Source of the DNA: Anaerolineae bacterium
GTDB taxonomy: Bacteria > Chloroflexota > Anaerolineae > B4-G1 > SLSP01
Length of the DNA: 64,000 bases
Direction of reading: 5' to 3'
NCBI GenBank assembly: GCA_049975205.1
Contig: JBNGDL010000002.1
Location: 132,498-196,497, forward strand
Positions 17,625 through 28,100 of the stretch are shown here, one piece after another. Below the pieces are notes generated by a model. That model ran no database searches. It saw nothing but the letters and a program-made list of their open reading frames with translations, and had not been told where the DNA came from. Position 1 is the first letter of the stretch, and the number at the start of each line of letters is the position of its first letter. A program made the translations under genes and the position numbers.

Positions 17625-20600
17625 AGCTGAGGTACGAAGGCGAGGTCTGAGCCTCCGCTGGCGCGTCATCCTGATCGTCGCGGGGATTTCGCTGCTATTG
17701 GTCACGCCTGTGATGCTCTTTGTGGGCCGGCGCTACCAGAATGCCTATCGTGAGGCTTACTGGAGTAAGGGCGATCTGGCTACTATTCAACTGCGCCAGA
17801 CGATCCGCGCTATTTCGCCCTTTGTGGAGACGGTGGGTGACGCTCCTGGCTTAGCAGCTTATTTACAGGACATCGGCGCTAACGTCAGCGACTTCGATTT
17901 CATCGCCTTGGTCGACGGCAACGGACGCGTGCTGATGCATTCGATTCCTGGCTACGAGGGCCGCACGCTCGGTGAGCTGCGAGATCTGGCGGCGGGCGCG
18001 ACTGAGCGAGGTCCGTCTGACGACCCCTATTCGGTTGTCCGGCGAGAGTTGCCCTTTGGCTTGACGTATCTCATCTGGCGCTCCATGCCGATGCCTGGCA
18101 ATGACCAAGACGAGCTCTACATTGTTGTGGGCGAGCGAGCGGCTCTGGTCGATCCTCCAATCTATCCACTGATTGCGATTGGGTTGCTTGCAGCCGTCCT
18201 TCTGGTCGTGCTCATCCGTATTTCCTTGGATCGCCTCGTGATCACGCCCCTGAACCTGCTGGCGGAAGGGGCAGCGATCGTTGGCGCTGGGGAGCTCAGT
18301 CATAAGATTCCGCTGGATCGTGATGACGAGTTTGGCTTTGTCGCACAGGCATTCAACGAGATGGCTGGGCGACTGGAAGAGATCGTGACCCGCCTCGAGC
18401 AGACCGTGACCGAGCGCACGGCAGCCCTCCAACGCCGTAATGCACAGCTCGAGGCTGCGAGCCTTGTTGGACAGGAGGCCGCTCGGGAGCGCAATGTGAA
18501 CGCTATATTGGATACTGCTGTCCGTGCGATCTCTGATAATTTCGGCTTTTACCACACGGGCATTTTCATCGTCGATGATAACAAGGAGTGGGCGATCCTC
18601 AGATCGGCTTCCTCAGAGGGCGGCAGGCGGATGCTGGCCCGAAATCATCGCCTGCAGGTCGGACAAGTCGGCATCGTCGGGCACGTTGCAGCGTCCGGTA
18701 GACCTCGCGTTGCCCTCAACGTGGGCCAGGATGCTGTCTGGTTCAACAACCCGGATTTACCCATGACGAAGTCTGAGATGGCGCTGCCGTTGATCTCGGA
18801 GGGCGAGGTCATCGGTGTGCTGGACGTCCAAAGTCAACAGGTATCCGCCTTTGCGGACGAAGACATCAGTACGCTTCAATTGATGGCCGATCAGCTGACC
18901 GTGGCCCTGAATAACGCTCGGGCACTCGAGGTGACAGAATCCGCGCTCGCCGAGCTACGAGCGCTACAGGTAGACTTCGCGCGGAGTGGATGGGCCCGGA
19001 TCTCGAACCGAGCGCGGCCTGTTGCTTACGAATATGACCGGGTCGATACAGCGCCAGTGGCGCCGCTGGAGGTGCCAGCGGAGCTCGCAGAGGGCAAGGT
19101 CGAACATAGTCTTGTAACTGACGGCGGCGTGCCGATGGTTCTGGAGGAGCTGCGGGCAGGGAACCAGGTCCTGGGCTACCTTGGCCTGTCGGATTCGCGC
19201 CGCACTTGGTCAGAGGAGGAATTGGCCTTCATTCACAGCGTCGGGGAGCAAGTGGCACTCGCATTGGATAACGCGCGGTTGTTCGAAGACACACAGCGCA
19301 ACGAGCGACAGCAGTACCTAATTAGCCAGGTCCTGCAGGCAGCCTCAGCCCCCGGCCTCAGCAGCGATGAAGCCCTGGTGGAGATCGCTAGGGTCTTGGC
19401 TCACGGCCTAGATATGGCGGTTGCGATTCTGACTTTCGAGCAGCTGCAGGTGCCAGTGATCCAGGCGCACACCTTCGTCAGCCCAGAAGGAGAGCCGCTT
19501 CCCCTCTTCGTGGAAGGGTCTGGGCTCTCGTCAGAGCAATCCGCCTTCCTGCAAGGCCTTGTCGAGACTGACGGGGGATCCGTTGCGCCTCTCCTCGGTG
19601 TGACGGAGAGCCCGTCCGCCGCCGATCCAGACGCTCGCCGTACCTTGCGTGCCTACGATACCGAGCGCGTTCTCTACGTTCCGATCAGGCGGGCTAGTGG
19701 GCTGACCAGTGGCTGCATGAGCTTGGTTCAGTATCTCGATGCACCTCACTTTGACTCTGACACGCGGGAACTGATGGAGACCTTGGCGGGGCAAATCGCT
19801 GTAGTGCTGGAGAACCTGACGCTTTCCGAGGAGACCCGTCAGCGCTCGGAAGAGCTCCGCCAGCTCTATCGGATTTCGTTGAGGTTGGCCGAACTCCTGG
19901 AGCCAGACGACGTGCTGGATGAGTTGGTGAGCCAGGGGGCAGTATTGCTGAATGCCGATGGTGCCAATCTATGGGTCTACGATGCTAACGCAGAGATCCT
20001 TGCGTTGAGGTCTAGCAACGGGGGCGGTGCTGAAGGTGAGCTCGGCCGCCGCCTCCGATTGGGTCAGGGGCTAGCGGGCATGGCGTTGGCGCAGCAGCAG
20101 ACCGTCCGTGTCGATGATTACGCGTCTTGGCAAGACCGCATTCCTGATCTCGTGAGTCCAACCTTACACGCGACGATGGCGATCCCGCTGGTGGGCCGAT
20201 TCGGGCCTCTTGGTGTTCTGGTGCTGCTGTCTCGTCAGATCGGTTTCTTTGGCGAGCGAGAGGCAGGCCTTGGGGAGCTCTTCGCTGCTCAGGGTGCGGC
20301 AGCCTTGGAGAACGCCCGCCTCAACCAGGACGCTCAGCGGCGGGCGGAGGAGTTCTCTCAGCTTTACGAGGCCGGCACCGACCTGATCACAATTCTGGAC
20401 TTGGAGGAGTTGCTGGACCGTGCTGCAGACTGGGCGCGGCGTATCTTCGCTGCGGAGCGAGTTGTGGTCACAGTTCGGGATCCAGAGTCGGGCGCCTTTA
20501 TCAGGGGACAGTGTGCCAGTGTGCCAGAGTATCTAGTAAGCCAGGGAGCCGATCAGGCGGCAACCGATGGACTCGTTGAGCGGTTGATGGTGTCGCGGGA

Positions 20601-22101
20601 GAGCCTGCTGGTCCCCGACGCTCGCGAGACTGCTGCACCCGACGCCGCGGAGCTTCCCCGGACGGACATGCTATCCCAGATGGGTGCGTCATTGCAGGTG
20701 GGCGACGAAGTGTTGGGTGCCATCCTCGTCAACGGGGCAGCGATCGAGCAGTTCACGCGTCGGGATCTGGATCTGCTGGAATTCCTGGCTACTCAGGTTG
20801 CATCGGCGCTCCAGAACTCCATCCAGTTTAGACAAACTGAAGAGGCCCTTTCTGTCGTGGGGCAACAGGCTCGCTACCAGACCAACATCTCGCAGGCCGT
20901 GGCACTCTTGAACGAGCGCGGCACGGATGCGACGGGTGATGTTCTCCGGCTGCTCGGCGAGGCGGCCGAGGTGCCAACTGTCCTCTACTTCGAGTCGAGG
21001 GTGAACGGAGACGGGAGCTACTGGTGTCTGCAAGCGCAGTGGGCCGCGCCCGGCCGTGCTCCTGACCGCCTCCAGGATCAGCGATTCCAGCGCTTGTCGA
21101 CCTCCGAGACTGACCCATGGGTGCGCTCGTTGAGGCAGCAGGGATACGTCATGGGTAAGCTGCGACACCTGCCAGGAGCTAAGGATGATGGCATCGTAGC
21201 ATCGGGGTCTGGCGCCGTTCTCGGGCTCGCGGTCCCCGGCGAGACGCGAATCCCGGCATTTGTCGCGCTGCTTAGAGACGACGCCGTGCTGTGGGAGGAT
21301 CAGGAAATCGTGGCGCTGCAGACGGCGGCGGCCGCGCTGTCAAACACGCTGGCCCGTGAGAGGCTTTTCGCGCAGGTCCAGCAGACCCTTAGCGAGACAG
21401 AAGCCCTCTATCGAGGAAGCGCTGCGTTAACCCAGGCTAGTGCTTATCAGGACATTCTGGATGTCCTGCTGGCGCACACGATCTTGGGAGAAGAACCGCA
21501 CATGTCGACCCTTCACCTCTTCGACCAGATGTGGAGCGGTGAGGAGCTGCCTACATACTCGGAGGTCGTGGCCTCTTGGAGCCGCGAGCCCCAGGCTGAG
21601 TTGCGGCGCAGATATGAGGTCCGTAAGTACGCCGACTCGCTTCGTGCGATGGAGGATGGGGCACCGGTGTTCGTAGAAGACCTTGAGCGAGACGCGATGC
21701 CGGATCGGAGATTGCACGCGCTCTTTGAGAGAGCTATGGGGGCCCAGAGTGTGGTCCTCGTGCCGCTAGTGGTCAGTGGGCAGAAGATTGGGTTTCTGCA
21801 CGCCGACTACCCGACGCCGCGCACTTTCCCCGAATCGGCACGGCGTCGTCTGGTAAGCCTTGCGCAGCAGGCCGCGATTGCGGCCCTCAACATCCGGCAA
21901 CTACGGGCCAGTGAAGCCCGCGCACGTCGCGAGCAGCTCATTCGGCAGATCAGCAGTCATATCCAGGAAGCACCCGACGTGCAAGGCGTGTTGGAGACGG
22001 CTGTCCGAGAGCTTGGACGAGCTTTCGGCACGTCTCACAATCGCATCCAGTTCCGACCGCCCAGCGGGGCTGGAGGGAGTCCGGGGGATGGCGATGCATA
22101 G
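17617..22101 (+). CDS. Transmembrane sensor (small periplasmic domain-HAMP-S-helix) with ~7 GAF-like domains, no output domain, protein H
   Basis: I place the start at ATG 17617. GGAGGA sits 7 nt upstream and the start overlaps the stop of protein G by 8 nt. Two TM segments flank a ~150-aa outside region. HAMP is 'TPLNLLAEGAAIVGAGELSHKIP..DEFGFVAQAFNEMAGRL' and the S-helix is 'LEQTVTERTAALQRRNAQLEAAS'. The canonical GAF contains 'FGFYHTGIFIVDDNKEWAILRSASSEGGRRMLARNHRLQVGQVGIVG..PDLPMTKSEMALPL..VIGVLDVQSQQVSAF'. The mini-GAF contains 'WARISNRARPVAYEYD'. Five further GAF-like repeats follow. The tail is 'ISSHIQEAPDVQGVLETAVRELGRAFGTSHNRIQF'. No H-box or ATPase boxes are present. Confidence 0.75.
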   Translation: MREAEVRRRGLSLRWRVILIVAGISLLLVTPVMLFVGRRYQNAYREAYWSKGDLATIQLRQTIRAISPFVETVGDAPGLAAYLQDIGANVSDFDFIALVDGNGRVLMHSIPGYEGRTLGELRDLAAGATERGPSDDPYSVVRRELPFGLTYLIWRSMPMPGNDQDELYIVVGERAALVDPPIYPLIAIGLLAAVLLVVLIRISLDRLVITPLNLLAEGAAIVGAGELSHKIPLDRDDEFGFVAQAFNEMAGRLEEIVTRLEQTVTERTAALQRRNAQLEAASLVGQEAARERNVNAILDTAVRAISDNFGFYHTGIFIVDDNKEWAILRSASSEGGRRMLARNHRLQVGQVGIVGHVAASGRPRVALNVGQDAVWFNNPDLPMTKSEMALPLISEGEVIGVLDVQSQQVSAFADEDISTLQLMADQLTVALNNARALEVTESALAELRALQVDFARSGWARISNRARPVAYEYDRVDTAPVAPLEVPAELAEGKVEHSLVTDGGVPMVLEELRAGNQVLGYLGLSDSRRTWSEEELAFIHSVGEQVALALDNARLFEDTQRNERQQYLISQVLQAASAPGLSSDEALVEIARVLAHGLDMAVAILTFEQLQVPVIQAHTFVSPEGEPLPLFVEGSGLSSEQSAFLQGLVETDGGSVAPLLGVTESPSAADPDARRTLRAYDTERVLYVPIRRASGLTSGCMSLVQYLDAPHFDSDTRELMETLAGQIAVVLENLTLSEETRQRSEELRQLYRISLRLAELLEPDDVLDELVSQGAVLLNADGANLWVYDANAEILALRSSNGGGAEGELGRRLRLGQGLAGMALAQQQTVRVDDYASWQDRIPDLVSPTLHATMAIPLVGRFGPLGVLVLLSRQIGFFGEREAGLGELFAAQGAAALENARLNQDAQRRAEEFSQLYEAGTDLITILDLEELLDRAADWARRIFAAERVVVTVRDPESGAFIRGQCASVPEYLVSQGADQAATDGLVERLMVSRESLLVPDARETAAPDAAELPRTDMLSQMGASLQVGDEVLGAILVNGAAIEQFTRRDLDLLEFLATQVASALQNSIQFRQTEEALSVVGQQARYQTNISQAVALLNERGTDATGDVLRLLGEAAEVPTVLYFESRVNGDGSYWCLQAQWAAPGRAPDRLQDQRFQRLSTSETDPWVRSLRQQGYVMGKLRHLPGAKDDGIVASGSGAVLGLAVPGETRIPAFVALLRDDAVLWEDQEIVALQTAAAALSNTLARERLFAQVQQTLSETEALYRGSAALTQASAYQDILDVLLAHTILGEEPHMSTLHLFDQMWSGEELPTYSEVVASWSREPQAELRRRYEVRKYADSLRAMEDGAPVFVEDLERDAMPDRRLHALFERAMGAQSVVLVPLVVSGQKIGFLHADYPTPRTFPESARRRLVSLAQQAAIAALNIRQLRASEARARREQLIRQISSHIQEAPDVQGVLETAVRELGRAFGTSHNRIQFRPPSGAGGSPGDGDA

Positions 22102-22170
22102 CGCGAGCCCGCCCAAGAAGCGTTCGATGATGGCCTGGTCGAGTTCCGTCGGCACGAGGGCACCATAGTT

Positions 22171-25100
22171 ATGTTCGAAGAGGACAAAGGCAAGATGGAG
22201 CTTGCAGCGGAACTGCGAGCCCTGCAGCAGCAGCTTTCTCACCTGTCCAAGGGGGATTTGGTCGAGAGAGTGCACTTCCTGCAGTCCCTCATCGATGCTA
22301 TCCCGACTCCGATCTTCTATAAGGATGCACGGGGTGTCTACCTGGGATGCAACACGGCCTTTGCCAAGCAGGTCTTGGGACTTGAGCGCGAGCAGATCAT
22401 CGGTCGCACGGTTCACGATCTCTCAGAAGTGATTCCTGCAGCTCTAGCCGATGTCTACCACAAACAGGATGTGGATCTGGTAGCGTCCCGTGGTACGCAG
22501 GTGTACGAAGCACCGGTCAGGTTCGCCGATGGCTCTCGGCGCCAGGTGCTCTTTAACAAGGCCTCACTCTTGGATTCTCACGGTGACGTCGCGGGTATGG
22601 TGGGCGTGATGCTGGATGTCACCGACACGCCGGACGAGGGGAGGCGACAGGTGGCCCTGCTGGAGGATGCTCAGCGGCGGGCCGTGCGACTGCAGACGGC
22701 GGCCGAAGTGTCCCGGATCGCCACATCGTTGCTCAGCCTTGACGAGTTGTTGCCGAAGAGCGTTGAGCTCATCCGCGAGCGGTTCGACCTCTATTACGTT
22801 GGCATCTTTCTCCTAGACGATCGGGGCGTGTGGGCAGTACTTCGAGCGGGGACCGGTGATGCGGGAAGGCAGATGCTCGAGGCCGGACATCGTCTCAAGA
22901 AGGGTAGCAGTTCGATGATCGGTCAGTGCGTGGCCGATGCTCAACCACGCATTGCCCTCTTCGTTGAGCAAGCGGAAGCTCGCTTCGACAACCCCTTGTT
23001 GCCCGAGACGAAGTCCGAGATGGCGCTGCCGCTGGTGGTACGGGGCAACGTGATCGGGGCTATGACGATCCAGTCGGAGGTCTCGGGTGCGTTCACAGAA
23101 GAGGATATCACGGTTCTCCAAACGATGGCAGATCAGCTTGCCAACGCGATTCAGAATGCGCGGCTCTTCGAGCAGATGAACCGGGCCGTCAGAGAGAATG
23201 AGACGCTTTACAACGTCAGCTCCGTTGTGGGACAGGCTCGCTCGCTTGAGGATCTCGTGCGCGCTGCGGTCGATGTTGCATCGTTCCTCGAGATGGATGG
23301 CGCGGCACTACGCGTCTTCACAAAGTGGGGCGTGGACGGTATTCCAACGGCAATGGATGTCTACGGCTTCACGCTTCGCTCTGGAAAGCCAGAGGCCTAT
23401 CACGAACGCAACACCCCTTTCAGCAAAGAGCTCTATCACTGGGTTCTCGCCGATCCCACTCAGGTTCTGATCTACGAGGATCTCGAATACCCGGCGCGCG
23501 ACATTCCCGACACGATCCGAGGGCCTATGTTGCGAGGGGGCAACCGGAGCCTGATTATGGCGCCGCTTCATTTCCGCGGTCGGGCCCAAGGTATTCTCGG
23601 CCTCTTCGGTGCCAAGGCCCTGCGGGCCCTGCCAAATCATTACGTGGAGGTCTTTGCCCGGACTCTGCTCGATCAGGTCGCGTCGGTGCTGGATCGACAA
23701 TCCCTGACAGATGAACTGGCCCAGCGCGCCTCGTACCTAGCAGCAGCGGCCGATGTCTCGCGTTCTGCTTCCTCGTATCTCGATGAGGATCTTCTCCTTT
23801 CGCGGAGCGCAGACCTGATCTGCAAGCGCTTCGACCTGGCCTATGCCGGCCTGTTTCTGCTCGATGATTCCGGGCAGTTTGCTCTACCCCGAGCCAGCCA
23901 CGGCGATGACCGATGGCAAGTCGTGGAGCGTAGTTATCGGGTGACAGCCGAGCGCACTTCCGGCATTGTGGCCTCTATTCTCGATGGGCGCGTGGTCGTT
24001 GATCTGGACCGTGAACGCGAGGCGACAGGGAGGCAGATGGAGGATTCGAACGGGCACCTTCAGAGCTCCAGTGCAGCCCTGCCTTTGATCACGCGCGGTG
24101 AAGCCATTGGCGCGTTAGTCATCCGACCTAGAGAGGGCACCTATCTGTCAAAGGACGACCTGGCGATCTTCGGTACCTTGGCCGACCAGCTGGCCAACGC
24201 CATCGCTAATGCGCGGCTGTATCAGGCCTCCCAAGAGAATCTCGCTGAACTGCAGCGTCTCCAACAGCGCTATGCGCTGGACATGTGGGACGAGTATGTC
24301 GATCGCCAGGAGATCGTTGGTTATACCTACGACCTCAATCAAGTCTCACCACTGATGACATTCGACGAGATGGAGCTCGACACCACCCTGTCAAGCGGCG
24401 ACGAGCAGGGCCGCTGGAGGCCTCTGGTGCAGCGGGGCAACGAGAGTGGAGATGGCGCATCTCTGCGACAGGCGTTGCAGATCCGTGGGGAGCCTGTGGG
24501 CCTGATCAGCTTTGAGGAGCCTGGCGCAACCGTGGACTGGACGGAAGATCAGATCATGGTGCTGGACGCTGTGCACGAGCAGCTGGAGCTCGCCCTTGAG
24601 AACCGGCTGCTGATTGACCGCTCCCAGCGTGCGCTCCAGGAGGCCCGACAGCGCGAGTCTGAGCTGGCGTTCCTGCAGGAGATCTCAGCTCTACTCAATG
24701 CCACCAACGATGTGGTCGGTGCCCAGGCGGAGCTGCTGACGCGTCTGCGGGAGTTCGTCTCGGTTGATCAGCTCACGTTGGCAGGATATCAGCAGGATGG
24801 CGTCCTTCGTTTGTTGGGGAGCACGGGGAACGCCATGCTAGCCTACGGCGCCTTGGGTGATACCGTGTTTGCGGACGGCTCTGGCTTCCAGTGGGTCGCG
24901 ACGAACGGGTCGAGTGTCTCCGAGGCAGACCTGCGGCTGGAGCAGCGCTTCCGAGAAGATGAAGCCCTCGCCGCTCAGGGACTGGCCTCGCGCCTTCTTA
25001 TGCCACTCATGCTTGGGCAACGCATATTGGGCGTCCTTGAGCTCGGCAGTGTTCAGCCTGAGGCCTTCGAGAGATCTGAGTTAATGCCGGTCCTTCTGCA

Positions 25101-28100
25101 AGTTGCAGCACAGGTTGCATCGGCGATGGAGCGGGGGAACCTGCTTCGAGTCGCGCAGCTTAGCGCAGAGGAGTCGCGACGGCTCTATGAGGCTACGAGT
25201 GATCTCGCTGAGGCTCTAGATGCAGAGGACGTCCTTGAGGCCATTGCGCGCCATGCGTTCCCGGATGCCACAGCGTGCGCAGACATGGCGCTCTATGTGA
25301 CCGATCCTGCTACACGGGCCGAGCATGACTGGCTGGAGGTTGTGGCCTCCCTTCGATCCGGCGACCGGCCCGCGGCGCTGGATGTGGGCAGTCGCTTGCG
25401 AGCCGATGAGATGCCAGCCCTCGCGCTTCTTGGTGAGGAACAGCTCATCTACGTTGAAGACATTGAGGCAGACCGCCGCTTGGACGACCAGACACGGCAG
25501 ACTTACCTTGCGAACGGGGTGGGCGCGTTGCTCATCGCGGCGCTCTCCACGGGGGTCGGCCCGGCGGAGCGGATGGGTATCCTGCGGATTCGCTTCAGCG
25601 AACCCATCGAGGTTGGCGAGTCGGATCTGCGACTCTATCGCACGGTCTCAGATCAGGCTGCTGTCGTTCTCTCAAACCGCCAGCTCTTCCAGGAATCGCA
25701 GGCCCGTATCGCACGGCAAGCTGTCGCGGTTGCGCTCGCGAACCTCACGACGTCTCTGTCGGAGCGGGAACCGCTGCTACTGGCCTCAGTCGACTTCCTC
25801 CGGACCCGCTTTGACCTCTACTTCGTGGGTATCTACCTTCTCGATGATCGAGGAGAGTGGGCGACACTGGAGGCCGGCACGGGCGAGGTCGGGCAGAGAT
25901 TGATGCGGATGGGGCACCGGGTGCAGGTGGGGAGCGATACGATGGTCGGTCGCTGTACCGATGAAGGTCAGCGACAGCTGATCCTGGACTTGGACCCAGA
26001 GGCGGCCTCGGTTGAGAACCCTCTTCTGCCGGATGCGCGTACGGTGACCGCTTTCCCGTTGATCAGTCGAGGTCAAATCAACGGTGTGCTCACGCTACAG
26101 AGCGCGCAACGATTCGCCTTCACCGAGGAGGATCTGGCAACCCTTGAGCTGATGGCGAACCAGTTGGCCAACGTCATCGAAAGCGCGAACCTATACGAGC
26201 GCTCGCAGAGCTCACTGGCAGAGACGAGGATGCTCTATCGTATCGCTCAGCAGATTGCCGACGCGCGGACGGTGCAGGCTGTGCTGCAGGCGGCCGTCGA
26301 TGGCATCTCACAGCGCAGCGAGCCGGATTGGGTCCTTGCCGGCGTGCTGGAGCCGCGTCAGGATCCCTCTGTGTTGCGTCTTGTCAACGTGTGGAATCGC
26401 GATGGGGGCTCTCTGCCCGTGAGCGAGCTCCCTCTCAACAAGATAGGAGAGTTCTATGAGTCGCTGCAACTGGAGGAGCGATTCGTAACTCCTGATATTA
26501 CACAGGACCCAAGGGCCGGGGGCCTGATGCGGCGTGTCTTCGCCAACCTCGGGGTCAAAGCGACGGCGGCCTTCCAGCTGCGGGTCCGCGGCGTCCAGTA
26601 CGGCACGATTATGATCCACAGTGAGAACACGCGGGAGTTCACCACAGCAGAGCTGAGCTTCTATGAGAATGTGGCGCGCCAGGCCTTTGTCGCGTTGGAG
26701 AACATCAACTTGGTTGAGGCCACGCGAGAGCAAGCTGAGCGGCGTGATATTCTGAACCAAGTGCTGCGAACGGCATCGAGTTCTCTCGATCAGCCGACGA
26801 TCCTGCAAGATGTCGGTCAAGTCATCGCCCACCGGCTAGACATGCCGGTCATGATGTGGGAATGGTCCGGGACTGGGCTGCGTCTGACGAGCCTACACGA
26901 CGCTGGCGGGCGCAATCTCAGGGTCGAGGCGGAGAGATGGCAGCTCAACCAGGCCTCAGAGGCGGCGTTGGCGCCGCTTCGTGCAGTGGTGGAGAGACGG
27001 CAACCTCTTGCCCTCCCCTCCGACGAGGCGTCCGTCCTGAGGGCATTAGGAGCGCTTCTGCGCACAGAGCTCGTCGAGGGATACGCGGTGCCCCTCACGG
27101 CGCGGGACGTGGTCTATGGTTTGATCGTCTTGGGCCGCCAGGAAGGGCACGACGAGATCGATGAGTCCGAGCGAGAGTTCATGCACAGTGTCGGCACCAA
27201 CGTGGCTGTGGCTTTGGAGACTGCGAGCCTTTACCGCGATGCTCAGGAGACCGCGGAGAAGCTGCGTGAAGTGGACGAGCTGAAGAACCAGTTCATGGCG
27301 AACATGTCCCACGAACTCCGGACGCCCCTGAACTCGATTATCGGATTCTCCCGGGTGATGCTGAAGGGTATCGATGGCCCTCTCACTGACATGCAGCAGA
27401 CAGACCTGAACGCGATCTACGACAGCGGTCGACACCTGCTGAATCTGATCAATGATATCCTCGACATCTCGAAGATCAACGCCGGTAAGATGGAGATTGT
27501 CTTCGAGCCGGTTGATCTCAAGGCCATGATCCAGAGCGTAATGTCCACGGCGATGGGATTCGTCAAGGACAAACCCGTCAAGCTTCGTACGGACGTCCCG
27601 GAGGATCTCCCGGTCGTCGTTGCGGACTCACGCAGGATCCGGCAGGTGCTGATCAACCTGTTGGGCAATGCTGGGAAGTTCACGGAGGAGGGCTTCATCG
27701 AGGTCTCTGCGACCTATGATGACTATCAGGTCATCGTCAGTGTGAGGGACACCGGCATCGGCATCCCACCAGATCGCATCCAGGCCGTCTTCGAGCAGTT
27801 TGAGCAGGTCGATTCTAGCTCGACCCGCCGGTATGGTGGTACGGGGTTGGGCGTACCCCTGAGCCGTGAGTTCGTGCGGCTCCACGGTGGCGATATGTGG
27901 ATACAAGAGTCCGTGGTCGGGCAGGGCACGACGTTCTGTTTCTCCCTTCCGATTGGGGGACCCGACACCCTGGACGAGGAGAGCGGCAGGGACAAGAGCG
28001 CTATGGGCCGGGTCGTGCTCACCGTAGATGACGACGAGAGCGTTGTGACGCTCTTCCGACGTTATCTGGAGAAGCAGGGCTATCGTGTGTTCGGCCTGAC

